Below are positions 1-12,186 of a stretch of 64,000 nucleotides of DNA, piece by piece. The DNA is taken from NCBI GenBank assembly GCA_964252035.1, contig OZ176205.1; one strand, 5' to 3'. The DNA comes from Podarcis erhardii (taxonomy: Eukaryota). Made by a program: the position numbers and the translations under genes. The first letter of the stretch is position 1. Each line of letters opens with the position of its first letter. The notes beneath the pieces are model-generated. The model was not told the DNA's origin and did no database searches. It saw only the letters and a list, made by a program, of their open reading frames with translations.

Positions 1-2766
1 TTTGCCTTCCCTACACAATTGTTTTCAAATGCAGTACTTTACCTTTCTCCACAGGTGTGAATAGAAATCATTCATTTATATACTGTATAAAGGTAGCCAG
101 ATGCAAGAGGATAGGACTCCTGCACCTAAGAGTTGTGTGGATAAAGGAATTTCAACAGATACCAGGCCTCATTTATGTAGATGGATTGGAGATCAAGAAT
201 GCAGTACCAACCATGCCTACTCAGAAGTAAACCCTACTATATTCAGCATGGACTTGCTACCAGGTAAATGGAGTTAGGATTGCAGTCTCAATCTGCTACT
301 TGCTTCTGACAAACTCAGCCATTGATAATCAAGTCTATATTTGTCCCCCTTACCTGCTGCCTTGCAGGACATCTTAGGGAGAAGATAAGGCTAAGAATTA
401 AACTACACAAATCTGGATTGGAATCCCTAAAATGGCTGGATGGCATCTTGTACAACTCTTTCCAGCAACTCCTGCAGCCATGCTGGTGCCCAATGTATTG
501 CCCTGCTTTCCTTTGGATCACATCAACTTTCCTTTGGATCACGTCAGCGAGGCTAAGAAGTGGGGCTTGTCATCTGGGCAGGGCCAGATTAAGACTTTTA
601 GAGGCCCTAAGCACTTAAAATGTTTTGGTGCCCCCATATATATCCAATTCATAATATGAACCATAATAAATTATAAAATAGTTAGAAACACTGTATGTTG
701 GTATACAGTAATTCTTATTATGAATGTAGTTCCTGTGACCCTTCATGAACTCCCACTGAAGAGATTATATGGCTCACATGAGTAGACCACTGGCATATGA
801 AGTAATTTAAGGAGATAAATCATGTGCAGTAACACCTGCATTCCTCTCCCCCCACCCCAAACCTGTTGTAACATTGAGTGATGAAGCAGCCTCAGACAGA
901 TGATATTGCGTGTCATGAAAGAGTAGCAAATTGTTAGCTATTTAATGTATTGCTATTGTATTTTTACTGCAAGGGAGAAGTACTACATGTGGGATTTTCT
1001 GCCTCTGGTGTCAAAATAACTTGGCCAGCCTTAGGGATTGGGTGGTGGTAGTGTTTTTTTTATTTGCTTTTTGCATCAGGCAGCAAAAAGTATTGTACCA
1101 GCTCTGGTTCTTTCACTTACGGTAGTTTAAAAAATTCCAGATTGTTTTCTAGATCTCCCTAATTGATACTTTTAATGGATAGTTTCTAGACCTCTTTAGA
1201 TTATGAATTTACACAGAGAGATATTATATAATTTACATTTATGAATAAATACATGAATACATTATTTCCTTTTGTATAGGGAGTTGGTAATATGTAACAC
1301 ATTCCTTACTATTTTGCACACTTGTACATGTGGCTTGGACTTTAGACATTAATTCTGCTGTTATTGATTAATCCATCTTTCCTTTCCCCCCTCAGATTAG
1401 CATTTTATAGTCGTGAATTTCAAATACACTATTCAAATCATATAAAATAAAGTTAAACATAAACCCAAAAGATAAGAATATTATCCTGTATAACATTATG
1501 TTTTTTAAAGAATTAAACACTGAGTTTCAGATCATTATTCTTGCAACATAATCCATGAAAAAAATCATAGTGGATCAGTTCAATCATATTTCTAATCTAG
1601 CACAGTGTTTCAATACTAAATTTTGTTACCCATAAGTAAGCCTCACTGAGTTCAATGAGTTCAAACCTACTTGGAAGTGTGCATTGAACTTTTTGTGTGT
1701 CTTACTTCTGAGTAAACATTTATTGAATTAGTTTGCCCATCTCGTTTTTCCTCCTCCTGGATTATATAATCACCAGTCCTGAGTGTCGTTATTCCATAAT
1801 ACATACTAATTCAAACTCTTGATTATTTACAATAATGTAATAGCAGCCTGTATCTGAGAAGTAGCATAGCATTAAAATGGAAATATTGTTTCAATAAATG
1901 GAAACACTGACATGCATTTAAAGGCAACTGGGACTTGGGGCAGGTGTTATTTGCTTCTGAAATGATTCATTATTCCTCTCAGTCAACCTTCATGATTACT
2001 GCAGTCATTTGGCCCAAATCCATACATCTCAGAGGTACAGAAACAAATCCCCATTTGGCTTCTCACATGATTACTTCTCCACAGTGTTATCTGTCTCTTG
2101 GAATCAAAGTAAAAAAGAGGTATCCCAGAGGAAAGGAACAGAAAAGTTGCATAAGAAAGTTGAGCAGAGAGAAAATAAAGCAACAATAAATACCTGAGTT
2201 GAAGAGAACAGATGAATAAGCTATTCAAAGCAGCATGTATGAGCCACTGACAGGAGAATAGCTCATGTGAATAAGACTAACTAATGAATAGCAGAGATTT
2301 TAAAATAATTAACCTTCAAATAGGAAAAATAGATTATCCAGTAACATGCCACCTCCCTAGTTACAAGGAAATATGGCACTGGTATCTTGCAAACACTGTT
2401 GATAATGTTGTTTTTGGCTGAATCAACAAAATACTGAGTTTCTGTTTGCTTCCAGTTACAGCTAAGTGACTGAAAATGTGGCTTTATTTCGCCTTGCAGG
2501 ATAATGTGCACATCAATGGTTAATAATAGTATATGCCTCTGAGCGTAAAGTAACATTCTCTCACCACTAACTGCCCAAAGGTAATCTGTGATTATGGAAA
2601 AATCCACATCCAGGCAACTCCCATTTTATAAAACCTGTTTGAACAGAACTATTGGCTATTCAGTGTTGTAATTCCAGCAGAAAACTGACAAAGCAATTTG
2701 ACTGAATTTTATACTACTTACAATCAGTGCATTTTCTAGTAAAAAAATAGGTGCTAGTACTACTAC

Positions 2767-3097
2767 GATGCAGGTGGCACTGTGGTCTAAACCACTGAGC
2801 CTAGGGTTTGCCAATCAGAAGGTTGGCGGTGAGTTCCCGTTGCTCGGTCCCTGCTCCTGCCAACCTAGCAGTTCAAAAGCACTTCAAAGTGCAAGTAGAT
2901 AACTAGGTACCACTCCGGCAGGAAGGTAAACGGCGTTTCTGTGTGCTGCTCTGGTTCGCCAGAAGCGGCTTAGTCATGCTGGCCACATGACCCGGAAGCT
3001 GTACGCTGGCTCCCTCGGCCAATAAAGGGAGATGAGCGCCGCAACCCCATAGTCATCCACGACTGGACCTAACGGTCAGGGGTCCCTTTACCTTTAC
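2767..3097 (+). mobile_element. Sauria SINE
   Basis: tRNA-like head (gcaggtggcactgtggtctaaacc), body gcggcttagtcatgctggccacatgacccgg and (tttacc)n tail typical of squamate Sauria SINEs. Confidence 0.85.
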
Positions 3098-3786
3098 TAC
3101 TCATTTTGTTAACAGTGTGTTGTCTGGGTTGCTTGGACACAAAATGGAGAATTTTGTGTACGAATGCTGCTTGTATTCAAGATTTACAGGCCATTGTCTT
3201 TTGCTTTATGTGGGACAGCAATTTTGAGTTCATTATAGAGGAAGATGGGAGACTGTAGGTAGCTATTGTTAGTCATGTTGATTATATATCACTTACAGGT
3301 TCAGAAGTACCTTGATACTTCAGCTCTAGAGCAACAAAGGCAGAGGGATGTGTTTTCACCTTCTGCATTTGGCCTTCCAGGGCACACCTGATTGTGCATT
3401 GTGGGGAACATGATACTGGACAGGCCTTTGGTATGATCCTTAAATAAATATATTATTTCTATTCCTATGTCAGCAAGGAACAGGAGTTCGTTCAGTTGTA
3501 AATTGTATGGCAGGAACCCAACTAGTCTGAAGCAATGTACAGGTCTACACCGAAAACTAAAGTTGTGAAATGAAGGATCCCAGGAATGAATAGAATCCAT
3601 GAGGTTTCCACATTTTTACAACAAAGGGACGTGATAGTTTAAATGCCAACGTGTCACATCTATCTGAAAACAGAATTCCTTATGTGACCCAAGTTTCGCT
3701 CAAGCACCATCGTTGTGACCAAGCTGTGGTGTTAACTGGGCAAATCCCAAAGTCCTTCCCTTTCACACAGCAAACTGTCTATTCCA

Positions 3787-3802
3787 CATGACTTTGCATT
3801 TT
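3787..3802 (+). promoter_or_regulatory. ARE-like (Nrf2/sMaf) element, distal copy
   Basis: CATGACTTTGCATTTT fits RTGAYnnnGCA plus AT-rich flank; about 460 bp upstream of the PRDX1 TSS. Confidence 0.55.
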
Positions 3803-4120
3803 CAATTCAGATCGGTTGCACAACACGGTTTCAGTGAAACGACTGCAACCACCGCCGCCGCCGCCGCTTTGTAGTCATGCATGGTTTGCATCACCCATAA
3901 AACCCGAGCCTAATGCAACCATAACTCTGCAGCTAGAATTCACGTTTCTTCCCTTCCCCACGCGATTTGTCGAAGGGGAGGGGGCACCTTTCCCCCAAAA
4001 AACTATCAAGATCTGTGCAGTACAGTTGGCCCTGATTCCCACCCACCAACTACAAAAAACAACAACACCCGATTCTAAAACCAGCAGCACCAAAAGTTAG
4101 GCTGGCGAACAAAAAGCCGC

Positions 4121-4136
4121 AAAATGCAAAGTCATG
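4121..4136 (-). promoter_or_regulatory. ARE-like (Nrf2/sMaf) element, proximal copy
   Basis: Same 16-mer in opposite orientation, about 100 bp upstream of the TATA box. Confidence 0.6.
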
Positions 4137-4211
4137 CTGGCGCAGCAGCTACGCCAGAAAGCAGGAGAGCCGGGAAGGAGGCGCCAACCGACAAGTTCTT
4201 CGGCTTCGTGC

Positions 4212-4316
4212 TCTCGCGAGAGTTGAGAAGGTATAAAACAGAAGGGGCACTGCCTGCAGGGCTGGATCTTTTTTTGTTTCGAGCCGGGAGCGGCAAGAGG
4301 ATATTTGAGGAAGCGG
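4212..4316 (+). promoter_or_regulatory. PRDX1: PRDX1 core promoter and non-coding exon 1 (CpG island)
   Basis: TCTCGCGAGA palindrome 4212-4221, TATAAAA 4232-4238, donor CGG|GTAATT at 4317; CpG-rich about 4100-4950. Confidence 0.6.
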
Positions 4317-6344
4317 GTAATTTCGCATTAGGTAAAACATACCTCTCTCTCCGCCGTCCAAAATGAGAATCTGGGCCAGGGCAGGGCTGGCCTGCAGTTC
4401 GTACAGGTTTTGTTCGTTTGCTGTAATAGAATGTGCTTCCTAATAGTATTTGAGATCTGCTGTTTTGTGTGTCAAATTAATTGTAGACGGTTTCCTGATG
4501 GAGATCTGTGTGTGTAACTTAGCTGGGCTTTGCTCCCCGGCGCCTGGTAGCCCAACAGGTGGAGGGAGAGCGGAGCTGAGTTCAGTTTCCTGCCTTGGTC
4601 GAGCTTCGGGTCGTTTTTCTTCGCCTCGGTTTCCTGGCGCAACAAAAGATCCCGGTTTAAAGAGGCTCGGAAGTTGGGAAGTGCAGCCTGCAGGGTGGGG
4701 AAAAGCTCTGGGTGCGATCGACGCCCGAGCTATTAAGTGAAATTGTGCTATTAAGTCAATGAACTTCAAAGGACGTCGCGGTTCTGGCCGCCGGCTCCTT
4801 CCGCTGGTCGCTTCAATGGGCTGATGGTGGGTTTGGTTGGGCGTGAAGCTGCATTTATCTTGGTAGGGAGAGAAGTTGGGATGCTTGGACGCAAAATAGG
4901 GCATTTGGGAGTTGGAAGGCTGCTGCCTCCGCGGGTTAGGGGCCGTTGTCTTGTGTTCCACGAGAGATGGCAGTTTTTAAATATAATTATAGAGTAAGGT
5001 CGAGGTTGTAGCCCTGGGCTCAGGTAACTGAAAAGGTGCTACTGAGCTCCATGGAATTTAGCGAATGAACATGACGCACAATGTGCAAGAGAGTTGAAAT
5101 GGGCGAAGGCTAGGTAGTTATGAACGAGTTTCCTCTTATCGGTTTCATTTCCATACCATTGCGTAATGGAAAACTAAACCGTTTAAAGTTAACTGCACTG
5201 ATTGGAGTAAGTTACTATTATTTTTGGCATATTGGGGTTGAGATGATCATCTGGAACTCTGATTTGTGCACCGTTGCCTGTTTTGGGATGTACTGAGTTT
5301 ATACTTGGAATACTTCTTGTGCATTACGCAGCTAATCTCAAGGCTTACTTTTAAAATAACGCAGCTGTTATTTTCTTGTGCTAGAGCCAAGTTGTATGGG
5401 GAACAGTGTTAGAAACTGAGATATGAAAGCTCAGAGCTAAGTGGCGCCTTAAACCTGGGTTATGGGTGCAACAAGGGAATGTTTAGGCGCACTTTTTTAT
5501 AACAAGAATACAAAGCTGAAAATGAATGAACTGCAGCTAAAATATTATGTTCATTTTTCACATGGTCTAGTGCTTCCCCTAATATTCTTAAGAGGGTCTC
5601 TTCTCCAGTTTTCAGAGAGTAGCTAGAAGTGGAGAGGCAGAAAAAGGTCCTCCTTTCCTTCCACTCTGCATTTTTATTCTGAAATCTTAGGTCCAGTACT
5701 GCACCCAGAGCTCAGAAACTGCTTACCCTAATGAAATTCCCTGTCGCAAAATGCGCCTAGAACAATAGGAGTTTCGAACACTGATGGGGAGCTACTAAAG
5801 CCACTGAAATGTATTGTGGTTTAAAATTCCTTTTTAAGTTTTTGGCCCAAGGGCTGTGCACACTTTCACATACATGTGCATGCACACACGAGTCAGACAA
5901 CCCTCCCTATGCAGCTGATCCAGGCAGATCACCTGAAGGGGAATTACTGCTCCTCATGTGGTTATCAGATTGCTCCTTTGGGAACTGTTTGCAGCCATCC
6001 TTATTAAATATGCTTAGAATGCATATTTCACATTACCTTTAATTTTATATTTTTAATAGTTTTGCATTTTATTATATACTTATTGTATACCGCCTTGATA
6101 CTTTAGCAGGTGGTGGTATATAAATACTTTTATAATTTTAGTCTAGAGGGTACAGTTTTCCACTCCCCAACCCAGTTCTGCATCTAATATTTTTTTTCAT
6201 TTTGCCCCTGCTGCCCCATGGGTGATGGTGGGAGGGGGGAAAATGCTTGTGGGAGGGTTTGTGGGAGCCACTCTTGTTCTACAGAATGCTGTTAAGTTTC
6301 ATGTTCCTATTGTTAGTATAGATTATCCCTTAAAGTGTCTCTTG

Positions 6345-6523
6345 TTGGACAGTGGAACAGACTTCCTTGGGAGGTTGTGGACGCTCCTTCCTTGGAGGTT
6401 TTTAAGTGGAGGTTGGATGCCCATCTGTCATGGATGCTTTAGCTGAGATTCCTGCACTGCATGGGGTTGGGCTAGATGACCCTTGAGGGTCTCTTGCAAC
6501 TCTGCAGTTCTGTGAATCTATGA
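6345..6523 (+). mobile_element. CR1 LINE 3' fragment
   Basis: ggaggtttttaag...ggctagatgacccttgagggtctcttgcaactct...tctatga matches the CR1 3' UTR/tail pattern. Confidence 0.7.
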
Positions 6524-7423
6524 AAAAAAACAAAATTGATACATTTACACTTGACTGAGCACTTCCCTCAGTATCTTTCCAGTTTGCTTAAAGATGGCAG
6601 GATGCACACATCTAATCTTTTTCTGCTCTGTTGAGACAATTAATGTTGGCATTTAAAGGTGATTGGTATGTATTCTTGAGTCATATTATATCTTAAAAAC
6701 TATGCTAATGCATAGTTGGCTACAATCACAGTAGAAAATTTGGTTGTGTTAAGGTTCAGATATTTAAAATTATGTGGCAACATAAACTTAGTTGAAGTAC
6801 ATACTTTAAAATGAATTTCAGGCTGCATGCATGATGGCATTTGGCCTTGCTCATCATTATTTATGCAAACCTTTGGCAGAGGGGCCCTATGACTCCTATT
6901 GCAACTTCATACTCTGCAGTTCAACTTTGGCGGGTGGGGCCGCTTTCCTTTGCCCATGTATGTATGGTAGTTCGCGATCAAAGAGTATGGGCGTAGCTTG
7001 CTTGCCTGAAATAACCTCTTGGGCTGAAGGCTCCCCCGTGCTGCAGAGTAGATACTGAAGGGTAAAAGTAGAGTTTACTTACTTGTACCCATGGAGTTTA
7101 TAACTCAGCAGATACTGCTTAAATCAAAGCATGTGGAACATTTAACATCTGTTTTGTGTGCTACATCGATTGTGTTTTAAAAAAAAGTATTGAATATACA
7201 GATAGTGAAGGTTCTTTTTCTTTTGATCCAAATACTGAGGTAATGAAATAGTTGTTCCTACAATATCTTGACAAACCTGCAGTAGTTCTGTTCAGTCCAG
7301 CACATTCTAAATTGTATTTTAAATGTATGCTAAACTTTTGCTAATGGGTTTCCTCTTCTGGGGTGGGTCAATGTAAAAGCCACAGAACCTAACAAGTTCA
7401 AACTTTCTCCAGCTCCAGTCAGA

Positions 7424-7529
7424 ATGTCAGCAGGAGATGCTCACATTGGGAAGCCAGCCCCAGACTTTCTGGCCACGGCTGTAATGCCAGATGGGCAATT
7501 CAAAGAAATCACACTCTCCCAGTACAAAG
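7424..7529 (+). CDS. PRDX1: Peroxiredoxin-1 coding exon 1 (106 nt); full CDS join(7424..7529,8527..8680,9334..9456,10124..10254,12101..12186), 199 aa
   Basis: [36 protein letters not shown]; exon sizes 106/154/123/131/86 match vertebrate PRDX1; GT-AG sites. Confidence 0.97.
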
Positions 7530-8004
7530 GTAAGTGCAATAAAGCATGTTGTATTTGTATTTGTTGGCAAGGGTTTACTGAGGTACTGATAAGTATGTGA
7601 CATGTATAAAACCCTAACAACTGTCTGGACTAACAACATACTGTAACCTTCTTTGATTCTGAAATGGAAGTTTTGTTGGCATTCACAAAAATGCATTGGA
7701 TAGTATTGCAAATAAGTCCGCAGAAAGTTACTAACACATCTGCATGTAGGTACCCTATTCTGTTGTTGTCCTTGCATGTGTCACTTCTGCTAGCTTGGAA
7801 GAAAATAGTTACGACTTTTATTTGCAGCACTTCTTTTGTTTATTTGGAGATCAAGGAGAGAAGAGAGCATGGGTGGGAAACTTTCAGCCTACAGTCCAAA
7901 CTAGGCTCACTAGGCTGTTTTTCTTAAACCACACCCACCTGCCCCATATGTGATCTCAGGTGTGGCAGATGCCCAGGGAGTTCAATCCTGCTTTGTGATG
8001 TATA

Positions 8005-8246
8005 CAGTGGTACCTCTGGTTATGTACTTAATTCGTTCAGGAGGTCCATTCTTAACCTGAAAATGTTCTTAACCTGAAGCACCACTTTAGCTAATGGGGC
8101 CTCCCGCTGCCTCCACATTACTGCTGCCCAATTTCTGTTCTTATCCTGAAGCAAAGTTCTTAACCTGAGGTACTATTTCTGGGTTAGCGGAGTCTGTAAC
8201 CTGAAGCATATGTAACCTGAAGCGTATGTAATCCGAGGTACCACTG
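8005..8246 (+). mobile_element. Tigger/pogo-like MITE in PRDX1 intron 2 (orientation arbitrary)
   Basis: TIRs cagtggtacctc / gaggtaccactg, TA duplications at both ends. Confidence 0.85.
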
Positions 8247-8526
8247 TATAGCTCTCTCTTAGCCCTCCCTAGTGGTCCAACTCACCTGTCAAATCAACTG
8301 GTGGCAGTATGACATCAGATGACTGACAAGTAAGGTGATCGTGTGCAAAGTTTGCTAGCCATGGTGGCAGAAGATAAACAACTGGCCTGCCATGCCAAAA
8401 AAGGCTCCTCACCTCTGGGGTAGAATGCCACAAAGCTGTTAATGTTTGGAATCAGAAATTTGTGACTTTTGAATTGCTTCCATCTTTGCTGTGGTGGGAA
8501 TCTTAACTTGTTACCTTCTTCTCCAG

Positions 8527-8680
8527 GGAAATATGTTGTGTTCTTCTTCTATCCACTTGACTTTACCTTTGTCTGCCCAACTGAGATCATTGCATTCAGT
8601 GACAGATCTGAGGAGTTTAGAAAAATCAACTGCGAAGTGATTGGTGCTTCTGTCGACTCTCACTTTTGCCATCTTGCCTG
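8527..8680 (+). CDS. PRDX1: PRDX1 exon with peroxidatic Cys52
   Basis: [25 protein letters not shown]...HFCHLAW; Cys52 codon 8574-8576. Confidence 0.97.
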
Positions 8681-9333
8681 GTAAGAATATTTGGACCTCA
8701 GCCTTTTTATTCTCTGGGGGTCTCCTACGTTAAAAGTTATAAGCCTGTTAAATGGGTGAAAGAAGTAGCTACCAACAAGTGACCTTTGCCAGCTATTTCT
8801 CCTCCCCCCCCAACCCATCCTCATGACCTGTGCAAGAGAAAGAAAACACCATCCTGCTCACAAATCAATTTGTGCTAGAAAGGGGGTTGGTTAAGGGTTT
8901 TTTGCCCACTCTTCACAATCCTGTTCTGATCCAGTCCTGTAGCTTTTTAAGTGTAGTCATCTTAAGTCCCTGAACTTGAGCAGCTTGAGCTGTAACCTTA
9001 GACCCAATGAAGCTGCTTCTCTGGTAAGAACCATTATGGCAAGAACCATGTGGGTTTCCTTTATTGGATATTGTAAGAGCAGTGTGGAACCGGACCACTA
9101 GGAAGCTGTTCCCACACCACTCCAGTAACATGGATTGGGACTTGAAATAATTCCAAACTAGTGCTTGAAACTAGACAGGAGGTTTTGGGTCACTGCCTCT
9201 TTTGCAAAGACCACTGAATCTCCTGTACTTTAGATATTCTGCTCCAGTCGAATGTGTAAGTGTACAGAAGGACAAGTATATTATTGAAATACTAACCTGC
9301 TTTATAAAATGCCTTTCTTCTTGTTGTTAACAG

Positions 9334-9456
9334 GATCAACACACCCAAAAAACAGGGTGGACTAGGCTGCATGCGTATTCCCTTGGTGTCTGACACAAAC
9401 CGTGAAATTTCTAAAAAGTATGGAGTATTAAAAGAAGATGAAGGCATTTCCTACAG
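9334..9456 (+). CDS. PRDX1: PRDX1 exon (TPKK, GGLG motif)
   Basis: [41 protein letters not shown]. Confidence 0.97.
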
Positions 9457-10072
9457 GTAAGGTTACCACTGCAGCCTCTTAGTGACTTGTGGTATATAGA
9501 GCACTGCATGATAAAGGTTCTAAAAGATAAAACTTAATCAGAGGGAGAAGCCCACAGAAAATAAGTGAATCAAGTTTTGAGTCAACATGCACACTTTACT
9601 AGCCCTGTTACTAAGGCTGCCCTTAATTATGAATGTCCTTTTCACTAGGAAGAGGAAAGTGAATGTGTGAATATGTGCAATCTCCATTTGGCATCTTCCC
9701 AGATCCGCTATCAGCACCTGGGTTGAAAAACACCAATTCAAATTTAAACTCCGTTCTTCAGAATAGTGCTAGTATCTTGTAACAAAAGTTTGAACATTCA
9801 AGTTAGAAGTCTCTTGAAGGGTGAAAGGTAAAGAGGCTGTACGCAGGAAGTTTTACCACATTCCTTTATGAAATGTTCTATATAGGTTTTAGTGCTTGGA
9901 ATTGCAAATGAGTCTCTATATAGTTTTGCTTTTAATTTATATATAGTGTGGAAGTTGTACCAGATCTTAAGAGAACTGGTTTTGATGTTTTCAGAAGAAC
10001 TAAAAGGGTACAGAACTTGGTATTGAATGCTAGCTTGTAGTTTTGTGTATTCTGCCACCATACATTTAAGTG

Positions 10073-10076
<4 letters not shown>

Positions 10077-10110
<34 letters not shown>
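10077..10110 (+). repeat. (GT)17 microsatellite abutting the PRDX1 exon 5 acceptor
   Basis: Read directly; followed by a 12-nt pyrimidine tract and AG. Confidence 0.95.
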
Positions 10111-10111
<1 letters not shown>

Positions 10112-10123
10112 TTCTCTCTTTAG

Positions 10124-10254
10124 GGGCCTCTTCATCATTGATGATAAGGGAATCTTGCGCCAGATCACAATCAATGATCTCCCTGTCGGTCGCTCAGTTG
10201 ATGAAACACTCCGGCTAGTTCAGGCTTTTCAGTTTACAGACAAACATGGAGAAG
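10124..10254 (+). CDS. PRDX1: PRDX1 exon 5
   Basis: [43 protein letters not shown]. Confidence 0.97.
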
Positions 10255-10408
10255 GTAAGACTGTCAAGTTCAGGCTAGGCAAGCATGAACTGCAGTAAGT
10301 TTCTCAGTGAAAAAGGAGGATGCACTTAACAGTTCATAGCGTATCCTCTTCCCTGCAAAAGGGGATACTATGTTTAAGGAAACATAAATGTGAAAATCTA
10401 GGACTATA

Positions 10409-10707
10409 CAGTGGTACCTTGGGTTACATACGCTTCAGGTTACATACGCTTCAGGTTACAGACTCCGTTAACCCAGAAATAGTGCTTCAGGTTACGGCGC
10501 GGCAGCAGCAGCGGGCCCCGTTAGCTAACCCAGAAATATTACCTCAGGTTAAGAACTTTGCTTCAGGATGAGAACAGAAATTGTGCAGCGGCGGCACAGA
10601 GGCAGCAGGAGGCCCCATTAGCTAAAGTGGTGCTTCAGGTTAAGAACAGTTTCAGGTTAAGAACGGACCTCTGGAACGAATTAAGTACTTAACCCGAGGT
10701 ACCACTG
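10409..10707 (-). mobile_element. Tigger/pogo-like MITE in PRDX1 intron 5, same family as 8005-8246, inverted
   Basis: Same TIRs and TA TSD; internal sequence is the reverse complement of the 8005 copy plus an internal duplication. Confidence 0.85.
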
Positions 10708-12100
10708 TAGTTCTCTAAAACAGTATCTCATTGATAAAAATCCAGTTCCTGAGTAGCATCTTGTATGGCTAAAAAAAAGTCCAGGAATAGGTAAATAGAA
10801 ATAGGCTTTTAAGAGTCTCTGTGGTTTCTAGCCATATCTACAGGACAAATAAGAGATAGTATTGACAGCTGGTGGAGGGGCAGAACATCTTTCCACCGAG
10901 AAACTAGAGTCAGAGGTAGACAGCAACTACTGTCCCTGTAAAGACAGTATCCCATATACACAGTAGCATTTTCCCACATAAGTGAGTAGCTCCCATTCAT
11001 TCCCATGGGAAGAAATCTCAAATGTTGCGTTTGGGGGCTGCTGTGTTAGAGAAAGCATTGGCACCTCACCTTATTTGCTTGTCTTCTCTGTGGGATTCTT
11101 GTTGAGGCCATTTCCTACAGAACATACCGTATTTTTCCATCTATAAGACACCCCCATGTATTTTTGCAGCAACAACCAATCGCTAGTCCAACCTCAACAC
11201 TATCCATGTATAAGACACCCCCTAATTTTTCACATCATTTTTTAGGGGACAAACCTAGACTCAGGGCACAACATGCATCCTTTTCTTCCCTACTGCCAAC
11301 AAATAAATGTCAGTTATAACTCATATATATTACTATTCTGCCACATTGCCACCATATTGTGATATTTGCAGGCTCCCTTGCAAAGGTTTGTTTCCAGGTG
11401 GGCACTAAGGGCATTCTTCCTTTATCACTGAATCAAGACTTTTCTTAAAAGACCTGCATCAACCACCTATTTACTTACAGAAACCAATATATTCTTAGTC
11501 AATGAGATATATTTACATTAAACTCTACCCTGACCAGAACAATTAAAACAGAAACATGTATTTACTTAAGGAACATAACATCCAGGACTGTGTACAGACT
11601 GTTCTAACTTTCATAATGTCTATCCTTTTCTACATCTGCCTCTCATTGGCTCTCTAAACTCATTCCCATTTCATTCAGTCCCTCAAAGGGACTCTTTCAG
11701 CTGTTACTTTTCAATGGACACACAATCCTAGTCTTTCGCTCTCAACTCTGGCCCATATTCCATCCAACCTCCCTGCTCTCAGTCATTATTTCAGTCTTCT
11801 GTTGCTGTCAGGCATTTATTTGGCTAGTAATTTATATGCATAAACTGTGAATCGCTTCGGTTTTTCCAAGAGGCGGCTGTCCTGTACAACTCAGGTACAC
11901 AATTGCATCAAGAAGCCCTTCTGTAGGAGAGGTGGGGTGGTGACTGCTGCTAGTTCCAGCAGTTAGTCAAATAGATGACGGAGCTTGTAGTGATCCAAGT
12001 CATCAAGTCTAGTGATTGACATAACAACTTAGTTCTTTGTATGCTGTTTTCGGTCTGTACTCCTGGAGTAACTTAAAAGTTAATATTATTATCTCCTCAG

Positions 12101-12186
12101 TGTGTCCTGCTGGCTGGCATCCTGGGAAAGACACTATCAAGCCTGATGTTCAGAAGAGTAGAGAGTACTTCTCCAAGCAGAACTAA
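12101..12186 (+). CDS. PRDX1: PRDX1 last exon with resolving Cys173 and YF motif
   Basis: [28 protein letters not shown]; TAA 12184-12186. Confidence 0.97.

Noticed and set aside
40-3600. Acceptor-like sites (about 53, about 3299, about 3380) suggesting an upstream gene
   Set aside because: No recognisable coding sequence or consistent exon chain; unsupported without RNA data
5700-5890. Three TGCRCNC (MRE-like) motifs in PRDX1 intron 1
   Set aside because: Short motif in CA/TG-rich sequence; expected by chance
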